The position numbers and the translations under genes are program-made. This document shows positions 27,529 through 41,181 of a stretch of 64,000 nucleotides of DNA, one piece after another. Source of the stretch: Pelomyxa schiedti. Taxonomy: Eukaryota; Protista; Evosea. The first letter of the stretch is position 1. Every line of letters begins with the position of its first letter. Under the pieces are notes generated by a model. That model searched no databases. It saw nothing but the letters and a program-made list of their open reading frames with translations, and was not told where the DNA came from. Where the stretch lies: positions 11,134-75,133 of the forward strand of contig JAHLWZ010000851.1 of NCBI GenBank assembly GCA_020536535.1. The letters run 5' to 3'.

Positions 27529-29781
27529 ATGTCGGAGCGAGGACGCGGGAGCTGGCAGCCAAGGCCGAGAGGGTCACCCGTCGCCAGGGGAGGCAGCTGG
27601 TCCCCAAGGGGCGCAGGCTCGCATGCCAGAGGGCGCGGCGGGCGGGGCGGCGCGTCCCCGGCGCGTGGCGGGGCGTGGTCGCCCAGGGGCGCGACTCCAA
27701 GGGGGCGCGGGAGAGGGGGGTTCGGCAGCCCCCGCGGGGGAGCGTGGGGAAGCCCCAGGGGAGGAGCAGGAGGAGGAGGCGGCGGCAGTAGGTCGTTTTC
27801 CAGCAGCGGCTACGAGGAGGAGTACGTATCGAACGAAGGGGGCGGAGCGACTCGCAACACGGCGGCAACGACGACGACTACGACCGCCGCGGCCAACGCG
27901 AGGGCTGCCCACGACTGGGACGCGACCAGGCTTGCGGGGTCCAAGAGGCCGCCGTCGCGGGTGCCTGCTCAGGAGACCGAGGGCTCGGGGCTGGCGGCTG
28001 CGAAGAGGCTCAAGCCGTCGTCGTCCGCATCGTCCGGCGACTCCGCGGATTCCGCGAACCCGGCTGCGGTAGCGCGAACAAGGGGAAACGCGAAAAAGCC
28101 GAGGCCTGCGAAGCAGGAGGAGCGCATCAAGATACTTCCCGAGGAAGATACTATCGCCAAGTCGAAACCGCCCAAGCCAATAGTGACAGCTTCTGTGCTG
28201 AAGGGACTGGAAGAGGCCATGGAAGGGTTTGAGGACGACGGGCTGGAGGGCCAATCCGGCGGCCCTGATGACAAGGAAGCCGAGGAAGAGGAGGACATTG
28301 AACCTATTTCGAAGGCCCTTGGTAAACCTCCAGTTATGGTGAGCAACCTTTTGGGCATACTTGAAACTTGATATGATGTATACTGACTTTTTTTTTTTTT
28401 TTTTGAAGCTGTCCCGCATCCCTTTCATTAAACCAAATATGAGTGATGGGGATTACATTGCCATTGGGAACTGGCAGTTCATATTACCTTATACAAGGAC
28501 GTGCTGGTTCAAGGCCACCGAAGAAGCCTCTATCCCGCGACTATTTTCCAACGCCTTTGGTTTCAGTGCAGATGATTGGGTACACAACACACACTGCAGT
28601 TCTTACCATAACATATCATGAGTCAGTAGAACTAGCAAAAAACGGCTCAGTTCTTGTAAATGACAAGCCACGCGAACTAAGCGACAACGTGAGAAAGGGG
28701 GATGTTGTATCTTACAGGTTGGATTGCTTTTCCTTTTCATTTCCCAACATATTTAGTGTGCATTTCCATGAAGTACCCGTTTCTGCCGATAAACCAATTC
28801 TAGTGAAGGAAACGAACTCATTTTGGATGATAGATAAGCCAGCTTGTGTTGGTGTATGTGAAATTATCAGCCACCTTAAATGTGTCACCGGCCATTTATC
28901 TATCATTACAGGCAAACAGCACTATTTCCTTCGTTTTCAATAGTCTCGATTTCCTGTTCAAGAAAATGTTGAAGATCGAGTCCGATCCAATTTGTAGCCA
29001 TCATTTCGTCATTTCTGCGTCAGAAGTAATTTGTTTGCAGATGATGTATTCTGTGAGCCCAAATTCTCCGGAATTTCCCTGATTGCAAAAACGCTGGAGG
29101 CTCGTGATGTTATGAGAGAACACCTTTCAAGCTTCAGCTTTGTTGTCATAGCTCGTGTTGTTGGCTCATTTCCACCGTATCATACATGCTCCTCTAAAAC
29201 AAATAAGTGTCGCGGCGTAGAATACTAAATGTGTTATTCTTTCAGGAGAACTTTTGCGATGCACGGGACTCCAAAAACTGGCTTTCAGTTCTGCAAAGAA
29301 TCCGACCCAGATGCATCTGTAATCACTCTAATTGAAGAAAGTACGAAGAGTCACACCAGCCTTGTTCGGCTCCAATGTCAAGGACCGTACTTCCTTGAGC
29401 GGTTCCAATATGCCGGTATATCATCCCCTATTCAAACTACCGTTTAGCAGCGAATCAAACTCACGTAAACCCACAGGATACCCCGTTGCCAATGCTGCTG
29501 AATACGGCGGATCAAAGGATTTCACATACAAGAAGGACCCACATGACATCAAAGTGCTGGAAGAGGTTTGCGACGAGTACTTTGCACACCTTGGGGAGAT
29601 GGAAAAGCTAGAACCGGCCAGGTGCGAGTACTGCCGGACTCGCACACTCCCATCATTGCCTCCAATGCCCCTGATGATTCATGTAACCTCATGCATTCTG
29701 GAGGGAGTTTTTTCATGCAAATCGGTCATGGACCTACCATACTGGGCCAGACACAAAAGTAAAAAGCCCCACCGCCACTGA
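27529..29781 (+). CDS. RluA/RPUSD2-like pseudouridine synthase homolog with N-terminal RGG region; catalytic motif degenerate
   Basis: GSVLVN...GDVVSY, HFHEVPV, MIDKP, SGISLIAK, ARVVGSFP, GYPVANAAEY, CEYC...LPYWA; N-terminal SPRGG repeats. Confidence 0.65.
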
Positions 29782-29907
29782 GCAATGAATGCTTAGTTCC
29801 AAAAAAGAAAAAAAAAAGCGCTTGATTCAAAAAAGTTGTGGAATTGCTTTTTTTTTTGACTCTATAAGAACACCCAAGAAACAAGCGTTGGTTTGTTGGA
29901 AGTAGTA

Positions 29908-32900
29908 TTACAGTCGGTTGCCTCGTTTTTGTGAGAGGACTTGCATTGCTTGGATGATTTCCTTCACTGTAGTGGGTGGCGTACCACTGCCGGCCGTGCA
30001 GGCATTTACAGCTGTAGAGGGAGTTAATTGGGGTTGGGAGTTTCTGGGAAATATACCTGGGGGTGTGTCTGCTGATGTTTTCAAAAACACGGGTTTGAGC
30101 ATTGCTCTGCTGGCAACTTTTGGAGGCTCTGTGTCTGGTGCGGGACTGGGGGTAGTGGTTGTAGAAGTAGGGTTGGTGGGTTTCGAGCGGGAGACTGGTT
30201 TCAGTTTAACCTCTATCTTGGGAGCAACAGAGGGTTGGACTTTCGGGGCAGCGGTGGTGGAAGTTGCTGAGTGGGAAGGCTTTGAACCAGGAACCAGTTC
30301 GGTCTCCGTTTCAGTACTTTTCCCTTCCTTTTTGACAACATCTTCCCTCTTCGGTGGCGTTGGTGGTTTTTCGTCTATCTTTGTTGGTGCGTCAGTTGAT
30401 TGTTGGCCAACTCGCTGTTCAAGACTCGGTTCTTGGCACTTTCCATGGTCTCTATCTTCCTGCTCTTCGCAGTGCTTTACAGTCTCCTCTTCCTGTGAAA
30501 CTTTCTTGTGATGCCGCCCAGGTTCTTTTCTGATTGCTATATCCGGTTCAGGGGGAATGGCATCATTTTTCCCTGTTCCAGTCTTCTCACTGTGCATCTG
30601 AGTAGTATTTTCACACTGGCGATCCACACTGGATTTGCTATTGACAAAGGTATTTTCGGTGTGGTCATCGGCTTCTTTTTGGTGCTTCATACACGTTTCA
30701 CTTGCCAAGGTGGCCTCTGCTGTCACTGGCACCTCACTTTGTTTCATACAGGAGGGATCTTCAATCACACTACTATGTTTCCCCTCCCTTTGTTGGACTG
30801 ACCCTTCCCCCCATAGTCTCACAACTAACCTGCCTTGCTCTATCCATACAGCGTGGTCATCAATCGCACACTTAAAAGGCAATGGTACAGTCAAGGAGAA
30901 AGGTCCCCCACGTAAACCAGGACTGGAAGAGAACAGCTCCAATGTGTCTTTTGTGTGCACAATATCCCCAAAGGATTGCTCTGGGCGTGTTGTTCCAGAT
31001 ATTGTTAAATAGTGGGCTGCTGTAGGTGTAGAAACAGGACTTCCAGAAGGTGGAAGGGCATTGATTGATAAGACCACGCTCTTAGAATCCACACTGAAGC
31101 ACATGACAACGATGTAGGCAATGTTTTTCTCTGGATTCGCCAGAACAGCATAATTGGGTTGGCTGCAGGGTACTATTGTAGCGGAGCGAAGGGCTCTTGT
31201 GGGGGCAATCCAAGTGGTCTTATGTGATTCTGAGGAAAATTGTTAAAGAGGAAAAAGTACCTGTCTCTGAGGTAAGACACTGCTCTGTCCTTCTCGGCTT
31301 GGAGTAGTCGATGAAGCCAAACTTGAGTTTGGTAACGCAGAATTAGCCGGCGTGGGCGCGGGAGACAGTGAGGGAGAGGGTGATGGTGATGGCGACGGTG
31401 ACAGCGAGGGAGAGGGAGGGTGCGTAAGGCAGGATTTATGTTGGGAGGCTACAGTAGCAGTTTCTGGTGATGCGCTGGTCCCCTCGGAGACTGTGCCCGA
31501 ATGGGGGTCGCCTGGGGTATCAGTTGCTGGGGATGCTTGTATTATTGACGAAGAGTGCAAATTCTTTGGGGGGTCTCCCTTGGAAGGAGTTTTTGAATCA
31601 ATTACTTTTTTTTTCTCTTCTTGTTCCTAAAACGGTTAAGGATACCGGCTTGCATTATTAGAAGTACCGTTATATCAAGAAACTCCATGCAAAATTTGCA
31701 TACTCGCACTGCTTCTTCTCCAATATGAGGCAGTACTCGCTTCAAGTGGCAACACTTCCCACACATAATCTTCCCACAGTTTCTGCAGTGGTGCTAGGCA
31801 TGCTCAGTCTAAGTAAGAGTTGATAGCCATACCCTCCGTTTGATTACGTTAAAGTGATGCCCACATATCATACAAATTAGAGACTTTTTATCTTGAACCC
31901 ACACTGGGGCCTGCGTTGCATCCACTGCAGCACCTTGAGTTATAATCTGACTGGTACCTATAAGTCAGTGTCAGTCTCTTGAGAAAATGTGACATCGAGT
32001 ACCGACTCCCCTGGCACCAATGAGAATCTCATTGAAATCCAGTAGCCACCCTTTTGTCTGTGTTGGGAGATATGGCTTAAGCAGCTTTCTTACCGTCTTT
32101 TTCTGTGTGCTCTTCAGCATATACAGTGAAAGCCTTCCCTTGGGCAATAATCTGGAATGGGTACTTGGCAAACTCACAGGATGGTGAGGGTTCCTCATTT
32201 GCAATTGGAATAACTTTGAGTTTCTCCTTTGAAACAGGAAACGAACGATGAAGTAAAAACGCCATTTTCTCCGATTGTACCACTGGTGCCCCGTACATAA
32301 GGAAATCGGAAAATAGCCAGAAATACCTTGGAATATAAGAAACTGGAAGATAAAAAAAAGGAGAACCTTTTCTTATCAGTTTTACGGCATTCTTTGTACA
32401 AGTAACCTTCCCTTATAAAAAGGTGATCAGAAAGAATCTGTGCCTTCATTTCAGGAGATAGCTTTATAAAAGACTTCTCGATTTCCATCAGTTTGGCTCG
32501 GTTTTGCTCTTGTTTAATGCTCACATTCACTGACTAAAGAACGTTGATATAGTTGCTTTTGTTTTTGTGGTAATTTAAAACAAATTTAAAATAGCTAAGA
32601 CTCACTGCTGTGAGGCATTCCAAATCACGGCACACTTGAGAGAGTCCAGAGGAGTCTGGATGCCCTGCAGGAGTTGCTTTTAAGTATTCCTATGAATAAA
32701 ATGAGTTCTATATTGAAGTATTCTTTAGAATACCTTGATCAATAGTGTGTAGCGAGGGATCCTCTTTAAAGACTATCAAAGATAGAAAATGTGTTTTAAA
32801 AAAAAACCTGAATTGGAGTGATTAAGTAAGCAGCCAAATCCTTAGACTCACTTATAGGTTTAGCTTTTACACCCTAGCAAGTGTTAGCTACAACTTGGAC

Positions 32901-33937
32901 AGCAAAAAAATAAAGGCGAGCGGCTCTGAACCTCAATGAAAGTCGTGAAAGTTTTGGACTTCTCACTGAGAGTGTAAAGGGTTTGCACAGACTTGTCATA
33001 ATTTTGAATGTACGGTGTAAAGACCTCTGATATAGGAGAAACCTTATGCTTGTTACAACTACTTGCCGAATAATTCCCCGCCATCCCAAGGTAAGTATAC
33101 TCACAAAAGGGGAAAAGACTTGGGAGAGGCAAGACTCAGGAGTCCAGTTTGTATTGTACTGATTTAAGGCATCGCACAGACTGGAAGAGACCTTCTCAAT
33201 CTCGGTGATATTAAAAAAAATGACTGGTATCAGAGCCGATCTAATGATTGCAGAATTGGCTTCTTTGATGGGTGTAAGGTACTCCTGGGTGAGTTTAGTG
33301 AAAGGAGATGGGCTTTGAGGGGATACATTGACGAGGACGTTCAAGCCCCTCAAGAATGTCTTTTCTGTCAAGTACAACTCTTCTAGCACTCTCTGTCGTT
33401 GGCCATCTGGGCCCGGCAAGTATTCCCTCTTACAAATTGTGGCCGATGCTGAACGCACTGGACTGGGGCTCCCACCACCAGGTGGAATGTTCCCCGAGGA
33501 ACCGTTGCTACCGTTACTATTCATGCTCCCAGTTGACACACAGTGCGTTAAAATTCCTGTGCTGCCACTTGCAGAACTTCCATCCGCTGGACAGTCGTTT
33601 TCTGTAGTGTCCTGTGTGAGAAGAAAAAGAAATAAAAAAATAAAAAGTAACGAAAACCTTCTGTTGAAGGAGCTGCGGTGGTACCTCCATTTCTTGGTGA
33701 TGCCAAAACAATGGGTGGTGGGGATTGTGGGGGCGACGGCGGAACTTTTTGTGGCGACGGAGGCGGAGACGTCGTTGGGGGAGCTGGGGGTTTCACCGCG
33801 AGAGGCGGAGGCTGCGGATCTCCGTACGAAGGGTCTTCTCCATCCGTAAGTGCTTGTTTCGGCAATGTGCGTTGCTGGTCCGCCACTTGTGCCGCGTCGA
33901 CTGCGTCGGTGCCGTTATCCAGAGTGAGATCCTGCAT
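29908..33937 (-). CDS. FGD-like RhoGEF (DH-PH-FYVE) with C-terminal HSP20-like segment and low-complexity tail
   Basis: RVLEELYLTEKTFLRGL; LITPIQRIPRYTLL; FIREGYLYKECRK; FYVE motif WVQD...CMIC...RRHHCRNCGKIMCGKC...RVCKFC. Confidence 0.88.
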
Positions 33938-34074
33938 TACTTAACGTTTGTGGGTTTTTTTAATTTATCTCCGAACCGGGAAATTCTTTAACAATGTGTC
34001 AATCAAATATTTTTATCGATCGGTCGCGGAATTGCGATGTTACGGGGAAAATGTTGAAGTTGGTGTCTGGAGAT

Positions 34075-35509
34075 CTAGATCTGGTCAGGATCTGCTCCTC
34101 CTGTGTGGTGTTGTTGTTCTGCAATCAATGCTTTGCTAGCGGATACGAGAGCGTGGCGGTGAGATCTCTTATTCACGCCTATCGACTTGAGTGTGGATTT
34201 GTCGAGCCGGTGTTGCTTGATGTGTTGCGGCGTGATATGTTGAAGAGTGAATAGCGGAAGATACTGTAACAACGGTTGGCCGGATCTCTCACTGACACCT
34301 CGTAACCATTCTTCAAGGTCTGTTGCTGTTTTTTTGTTTTTGGTGAGTGTGAACCTGGAGAGTCTTTTTTTTTTTTTTTTTTTTTTGTTTAAACAAAAAA
34401 AAAAAAAAAAAAGAAAAAGGGAAAACTAACCAGGTATAGAACTGTAGTCGGGATCGGCTGGTGTAGCTTGCCTTCTCTATGTGCGATTTTAGCTCTCAAT
34501 GAATTTACGGTGTAACGCTAACGGTACATTTTCCTTTGAACTGGAACTGCGCGCATCGTTGGAATTTGGCATATTTGACTTCTCTGATATTGAATCTGAA
34601 TTTCTCGTGTAAAGGGAGCCACCTCTAGTTGTTGTGGTGTCTGGCTCCTGGAATAAGGGCAGCGGTTTCCGTTGTGATTTAGTCTTCATTGCTACATGAT
34701 CAGTGCAACGACAGATGGAAGGCTGCATACACATTGTTGCTGATTTTACTATTTGTTGCAATTCCAAGCTGGCGTTTGTTGAAGAGGAAATATCTGCCGC
34801 TTTCAGTTTGGCACACAGGGAGTCTCCTTTCTTCATCCTAAGAGTCGCATAGGGCTGCCCAAGAAGTGCTTTTGCATGCCTTTCTTCATCTCTTGCTTCT
34901 TTCAGTTGAAGATCTTAAGCATTTGAGATGTGAATGGTACTAGTACCGGACTAAAAGTGCCCCAAACAAACCTAGGTTTGATAGAATGTCAGATCTTCTT
35001 CTAGATACATCCTGTTCGGCTCGGGCGTGTGGCGAACTCAAATCTGCTACTTGGAAGGAAAGACTGCATCAACTAGAAAAATACCTGCACTCTGGTCATT
35101 GACGTTGTTCCTAGAGGTACTGGTGCTTTGGCTTTCAACTTAAAGCAGGTCAGAAAGGAGCGTGGACAATTTCAGAACTACGTGATGTTGTGTCTGTGAT
35201 TTTGAAGTGTCTGCTGCAATGTGGACAGCACACCACCGTCTCTGAGAAAGGCCTTTCTACATTGAGGACTGAAACGTATGGCATGTTACCAAAAGGGAAC
35301 CGGGACTACGCAAGAAAACACAAAAAAAAAAAAAAACGGTACGTACATACTATCGGCATGTCAAATAGCGAAGAATTGCTGCTAGATGTTGTTGTATTGG
35401 AGCGACCCTCGCCCGAGTTGGCGAGTATGTCAGCGACCATTGCTAGAACGTCAGAAGAAGCCTGTGTGACATGGTTTAGCCGTGTGTTACGTATGGTCCT
35501 GAACCCCAC
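34075..35509 (-). CDS. Hypothetical spliced protein (boundaries uncertain)
   Basis: Series of short minus-strand coding-like segments (35306-35509, 34489-34836, 34075-34272) with GT-AG boundaries; no recognised domain. Confidence 0.3.
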
Positions 35510-35648
35510 AGTAACAACTAACTACCTTCATCCACCACCAGACTGTTTTTGCTTATTGGTTTCTTCGAACCCGAATCGTCACGGAAGAAAAACCATTTAA
35601 AGAAGAGTGTATTTTCCCTAAACGTACATACAACTTGTTGCCATCTCA

Positions 35649-36380
35649 TCAATAATTCAGCCTGGTGTAGAGCCTCCACGTTGTGTGTACTCGGCCGCTC
35701 GGCTTATCTACAATAGCACCCCCGCTTCCGTCGACGAGACTGAGAGCCTGCTGCGGAAACGGCAGGGTGACAGTCTCCCACCCAAGGGGAACAAACCCAA
35801 ACCTTTGGTGCAAAGTGTCGCTGGCCGTGTTGTGTATGGGTTTGTGAATGACCCTTGTTATTGTTCTGCGGTAGTTGTTGCGAGCAGCCCACAGCAGGCC
35901 GGCGTCGAGCAGGGCCCGGGCGACGCCGGCGCCCCTGGCCGCAGGCGAGACGCCAAGCAGCGGGACGTAGGCGGTCTCGCACACGCAGTCCAGGCTGCTG
36001 CCCGTGACAAACGCCTGCCTGTCGCGCGCCACGCTGGCCTCGGAGAAGAACCTGCCAACGTCGAAGGCCTCGCCGCCGTCGTCGTCGAAGGCCAGGGCGG
36101 CGGCGGGGCCGCCCACGTCCCTGACGTGCTGCGAGAAGGGGTGCACGGTGAGGAACCCGACCAGCGCCGATGTGGCAGAGTCGACGGCTACGAGGACGGC
36201 GCAGCGGTCGCCAGAGTCTTGGCGTCGAATCAGTGCGGTGAGGGACTCGGCAGTGCTGAGCAGAATCAGGAACCCGGTCGCGGGAGTGACCCCCGGGGCA
36301 CCTATTTGGGTTGCCCGGTTGATCTCAATGATGCTGGGCACGTCTGACTCCCTTGCTGTTCTGACATTGCAGTGAGGCAT
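35649..36380 (-). CDS. GNAT-family N-acetyltransferase, intronless
   Basis: VRTARESDVPSIIEIN; motif A LGVSPAARGAGVARALL; NTASDTLHQRFGFVPLG. Confidence 0.85.
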   Translation of the reverse strand: MPHCNVRTARESDVPSIIEINRATQIGAPGVTPATGFLILLSTAESLTALIRRQDSGDRCAVLVAVDSATSALVGFLTVHPFSQHVRDVGGPAAALAFDDDGGEAFDVGRFFSEASVARDRQAFVTGSSLDCVCETAYVPLLGVSPAARGAGVARALLDAGLLWAARNNYRRTITRVIHKPIHNTASDTLHQRFGFVPLGWETVTLPFPQQALSLVDGSGGAIVDKPSGRVHTTWRLYTRLNY

Positions 36381-36918
36381 TCTTTTTCTTTTTTGTTTGA
36401 AACAACAGATTGTTCATTAATCAGGTGAGAGGACGAATTTAAAAGGCTAACAGGCAACTTGCGTAGGAGTGAGGTCGAGGAGATGTTTGGGTTTGGAGAA
36501 CCTGGCACGACAGCTAAAAAAATGGATTGTAACTCCCCAAGGCGGTCTGATGAAGTCACACGTGCCAAACATGTCCTCAGTACCCACCCGAAGTTGCCTG
36601 GTTTGGGGAACGGACGCCATCTTCTATCTTCTCTGTACGCGTGGTCGTCGGGGTTACTGTAATGGCGAAATATAGTTCTCGATTCCTTGGAGAATTCGCG
36701 AAGTACTTTCCAGTTAAATCTCCCCCTTGCTTATGAGGAAGTCCGGACTACTCAATCTTCCCAAAATGCCTGTTGTCGGAACCGAAGCAGGAGAATGTGG
36801 ACGAAGCAGATTACCCGCATCCGATGTGAAATTCCGAGGGTTCATAATAAGCAAGCACTTTTTAACACCCCACAACCAACAATCTCTTTTCAAAGCAGAA
36901 AAAAAAACCCGGGGGTCA

Positions 36919-39127
36919 ATGACAACAGTCAAAGAGTCAGCCGCTGAGGCAGAGAGACCGCTCTCCCCTCAGTCTTTTTGCACCCCTGGTCCGGTAATCT
37001 CGATTCTTGTGAGGGAGGACATCCACCCAAGAAAACTAGCGCAGGTCAGTCAGTCTTTCCACACGGCTTTTTTCCCTGTGCCTGGCAATCGAACAAACGA
37101 ATAGTTTCTAATCGTTTTTATAAAGGTAACGCTCAAGTTAAACCGCACATTACGTCTTCAAGCAGCAATTTCGGAGCGAGAGGTTTTCAAGCAGGCGTTG
37201 TGTGCCGAGTTTCGTACAGCAGGAAGTCTAAAAAGTGCCCGTCCCTTCATATACTTTATAATACACTTATTTCCTCTTTGCAGAGGCTCAGTGCTGGAGA
37301 TGCAACCCCGAGACAGGAATAGTGGGGAGATTGTCAATAGACGACCACGAGGCACACTACGAAGGCAGCACCGACACCGAAGTGTACTGCCTCAAACTCA
37401 AATCCATTTGCACATCATCCAGACTTCACATGAAATCAGCGGCTGTTCTCATTATCCCGGGTTTGGCAGGTCACAACAAAAGCAATCCGTTCAACTTGCG
37501 ATCCCGCCCAAAAAGTACAGACTTTCCTCTCTTCACCTTCCACTAAAACACCTTGTGTTTGTGCACAGTGCGAGGCGGTCAGATTTGTCACGACCCAGTG
37601 GAAACAACGAAGAACAGCGGAAGCAACGATAACACCCCAGCACCGGTTACAACACCTTCATCAAGTTCTGCGGACGAATTGTCTGGCCCAGCGACTCCCC
37701 AGTTCCCTCTCACAATACCACCCCCATCCACTCCAGCCGTAACTTCGACTTCGACTCCAACGCCAACTCTGGGTCAATTGCTGTCGAATTTCCCAGTGCT
37801 CTTCGGTTCATTTGGATTCCAGAACTCCACCGATTCGAACCTGTCTGCCACACCACCAACGCGAGATAATTCCCCGCTGCTTCACAACAGGTATTCCCCT
37901 TCTACACCGGGGAATACTTCCCCCTCGCGAAATACACTGAGCAACCCCTTCCCATTCCTCCCACCGCAACTTACAACAAATACTTCGCTTCCACTTCCAC
38001 CACCCCCATCTCCATCCCAATCTCTGTCGCCATCGTCACCCCCTCCACACGGAGTTCTCAATCTCTTCATAAATTCCCAGAACATTGCCAATGCTCGTCC
38101 GCCAAGTACCTCTCACCGCCATTCGCCGACCGTAACTTCTCCATCACAATGCACTTCGACCTCAGTCCAGACATCTACACCAACACGAGACTTCATACAG
38201 CTGCTTTCATCACAACTGAACGCAAGCCCCTCGAACATCACGAATTCCGGACGAACTTATTGCCTCCCAGGGACTCTTCCGGAGCGCCCGGTCCCCAAGG
38301 ACAACTCCTCGAATTATGTAACTGATCAGTCAACGCACAACCACATTCAGGATAACCCCGCCTCAAACCTAACGAGTCCACCATCAAGTTCAATCGCACA
38401 ACTTCAAAATACCCTCACATTCAATTCAGCCTCTTCACCCTTATCGGCAAGCCTTCTCAATTTTTGCAGTTGGAGTTCCGGTTTGCCGATGTTTCCCCTT
38501 GACTTCACCTCTCCCGCTTTCCCACAACAAAACACACAACCCCAAAGCACATGGGCTGTGCCAGTAAAATCATCAGAGACTTCTTCTTTTGAGAGCGAAC
38601 CAAAAAGACCCAGAATTTCCCAACCTTCGTCCCCCCAAACCACCACCGCCCCTGAAACTCCTCAGGTTCCGCATATATCGTTCCAAGCTCAGCCCTCCCT
38701 GTGCGGAGATATAAGTGCGTGCTCTACTCCTAAGCGCCTTTAAAATTGGGTGGGTATCCAAAAGCTAAACGCACACTCAGATGGCCAATTACTCATTTCC
38801 GTCAAGATAATCCAAGCCGTTGTTCCGTACGACCGAATACCCTTTGCCGATAAATGGAGAAGCAGCATGGTCCAGTACGGGCAGGCCCAGTGTGCCAAGA
38901 AAGGCGTGATAGAGAAGGCAGTCATAGTCTCCGTCAGAATGGACGACGAGAGGGCAGAGAGACTGACCACGTGGGTGAACGTGAGCAACTTTCCCTCGCT
39001 GTACCGCGCCTCCCAGTCACTTGTCACTTGGCTGGACTACATGTCCAACACAGTGCCCAACCCCCCCAGCTTTGACTTTGTCGGCTCAGGCATGGCCAGC
39101 TGCGTTGCCTTTGTGACCAATTGGTGA
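36919..39127 (+). CDS. Putative transcription factor with possible amoebozoan CudA-like N-terminal domain and long Ser/Pro/Thr-rich linker
   Basis: N-terminal CWRC...CTSSRLH...SNPFNLRSRPK is reminiscent of the CudA family (recalled pattern, not searched); 396-aa low-complexity ORF; globular C-terminal exon. Confidence 0.4.
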
Positions 39128-39353
39128 CCCCAATTGGGGACATTGTCAATGACTGGGGCGGGACTGGGTTCACTTGGCAGGCATGTGCTTTTGTCATTTG
39201 AGTGTGAATTACAATTTTTGGCAACACAAGCTTTTTATTTATTTACTAGAACAGCGTGTCGTGGGTTTTTTTCCCCTGTGGCGTCTCCTTACCGGTCGTA
39301 GATCTCACATTCTTTTAATTTAAAACTACAAAGCAAAGTTGCAACAAAGAACG

Positions 39354-41119
39354 ATGAGCGCAGCGAAGCCGTTGTCGTCCAGTGGCGGGTTAGGGACTTC
39401 CGTTGGCGGTGTTGGCGGGATCTTTCGAGTCGTGTTAACAGGTGGGCCATGTGGTGGCAAATCAACGGCGCTTCAGAAACTGTCTTCTTTTTTGCACTCT
39501 TATGGCTTTGACGGTTTTTTACACTTCTATTTCCTTTTTTCGCCTTTTCCTAACTTTTCTACTTTATTTTGGACTCTTGTGCAGTTTATTTGGTAAGTTT
39601 TGGCATAGATGTCATTCCAAGTCAAATAAACGTTTACAGGTGCCAGAAGTTGCAACACTCTTACTCTCAGGAGGTGCCACGTTTGCTGGTTTAAACTCAC
39701 AGGAGCTTATAGCTTTTCAAACTTCCATCATTTCTAGCATGATTGTATGTTTTATTGCTTCCTTCCCTTCAACTCTAACCTCTTGTAGGCTCTTGAAGAT
39801 AATTTTATGCGAATTGCTGAAAGTAGAAGACGTCCTGCTGTTATTGTGTGTGACCGTGGAACAATGGATGGTACTTTCTTTCACTTTTTTGACTCTTCAC
39901 AGCTTACACTGCTTTAGCCTCTGCATATATGGATCCTGAACTATGGCAGCTTCTCTTGGATGAAAACAATTGGACAAACGCACAGCTGAGGGACAGGTAC
40001 ATATTCTTTAATCATTCTATATTCACTCTCATTATGGAAACAGGCGATATGACGCTGTGGTAAATCTTTCTTTTGTCTTATGTGAAATAACTGAATAAAC
40101 GTGGTTTTTTTCCTCTAGATACACATGGTGACTGCTGCCTTCGGTAATTTACTCTTGATTTTTGTAATGAAGCCAATGCATTTCTTCTAGGAGCTGAAGA
40201 ATTTTATACAACCGAAAATAACACTTCCCGCAGAGAGAATGTCAATGAAGCAAGAGAAGTTGATATGAAACTACGCAATGCCTGGATGGGCCACCCTCAC
40301 TTATTTATTGTTGACAATGCGTAAGTACTCTCTTTGTTTACCTTCCTTCTCACCTTGATTTAGAAAGAAATTTGATGATAAGGTTTTCTCGCTAATATCA
40401 CGGTTTACGAAAATAACCCATTCCAGGTTCACTCTGTGCTGACTGCTCTCTGTTGTACTGTTGGCCTTCCTTCTCCTGGCAGCACATTACGGCAGTTCAC
40501 CCTCCCCAGCTCCCCTTCAATTCCAGATCCATTTGAAGAGTTTGTTGTTGAGATGTATTTCCTGGCAGGGAGCTCCGAGACAATGTACATACAGACAAGG
40601 TAGGGAAACTAAAGGAGTAAATAAAAATATTAAACATCAACAGGCACCAGCACAATGTTTCCAGTTACTCTGAGTGCAGAAAAAGAAAGTGTACCAAAGC
40701 GGATGGGACTGTGGAAGAAGTTATGCTTGAGCGCAGGCTCACAACGAAAGAGTACGCCACTCTCAGGACCCAGGTATTTGCAAACCGCAATTCTCCATGC
40801 ACTCACAATTTGTGGGAAAAAAAGATTGATCCCGATCGTCTGCCACTCAAAAAAATTGTCAAACAGTGCTTGTACAACCAACAGTACTTATCCATTGTTG
40901 AATTGGTGAAGCCGATCCCAAACAAGTCAGCTTTCCACTATTTATGTGCCAGGTTACTAACAAGTGCACAGATTCTATGTTGAAGTTCGCCTTCCCGTTC
41001 TCAGTCAAGGAACAGAAAAAGGACCCACAAATCCTGTCTTCCCTCTCTGGTTACCAGCATCCACAGAAATTACAAATGACCCCTCAATTGACCCATGTGT
41101 ACTCTCTAAAAGGCCATAG
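39354..41119 (+). CDS. TTD14-like (AAA_28/NadR-type) P-loop protein
   Basis: RVVLTGGPCGGKST, VPEVATLLLSGG, IVCDRGTMD, RYDAVIHMVTAAFGAEEFY, WMGHPHLFIVDN; many short introns. Confidence 0.82.
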
Positions 41120-41181
41120 TACACAAAAAAAAAAAAGATCCGTTTCAAAGGAATTTGGGTTCCTTACTGTACAAGTACATA

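Noticed and set aside
27574-28428. Long antisense or overlapping ORFs in GC-rich regions (also 35685-36347, 41941-42556, 47221-48129)
   Set aside because: Shadow ORFs caused by GC-rich, low-complexity coding sequence on the opposite strand; no domain signal.
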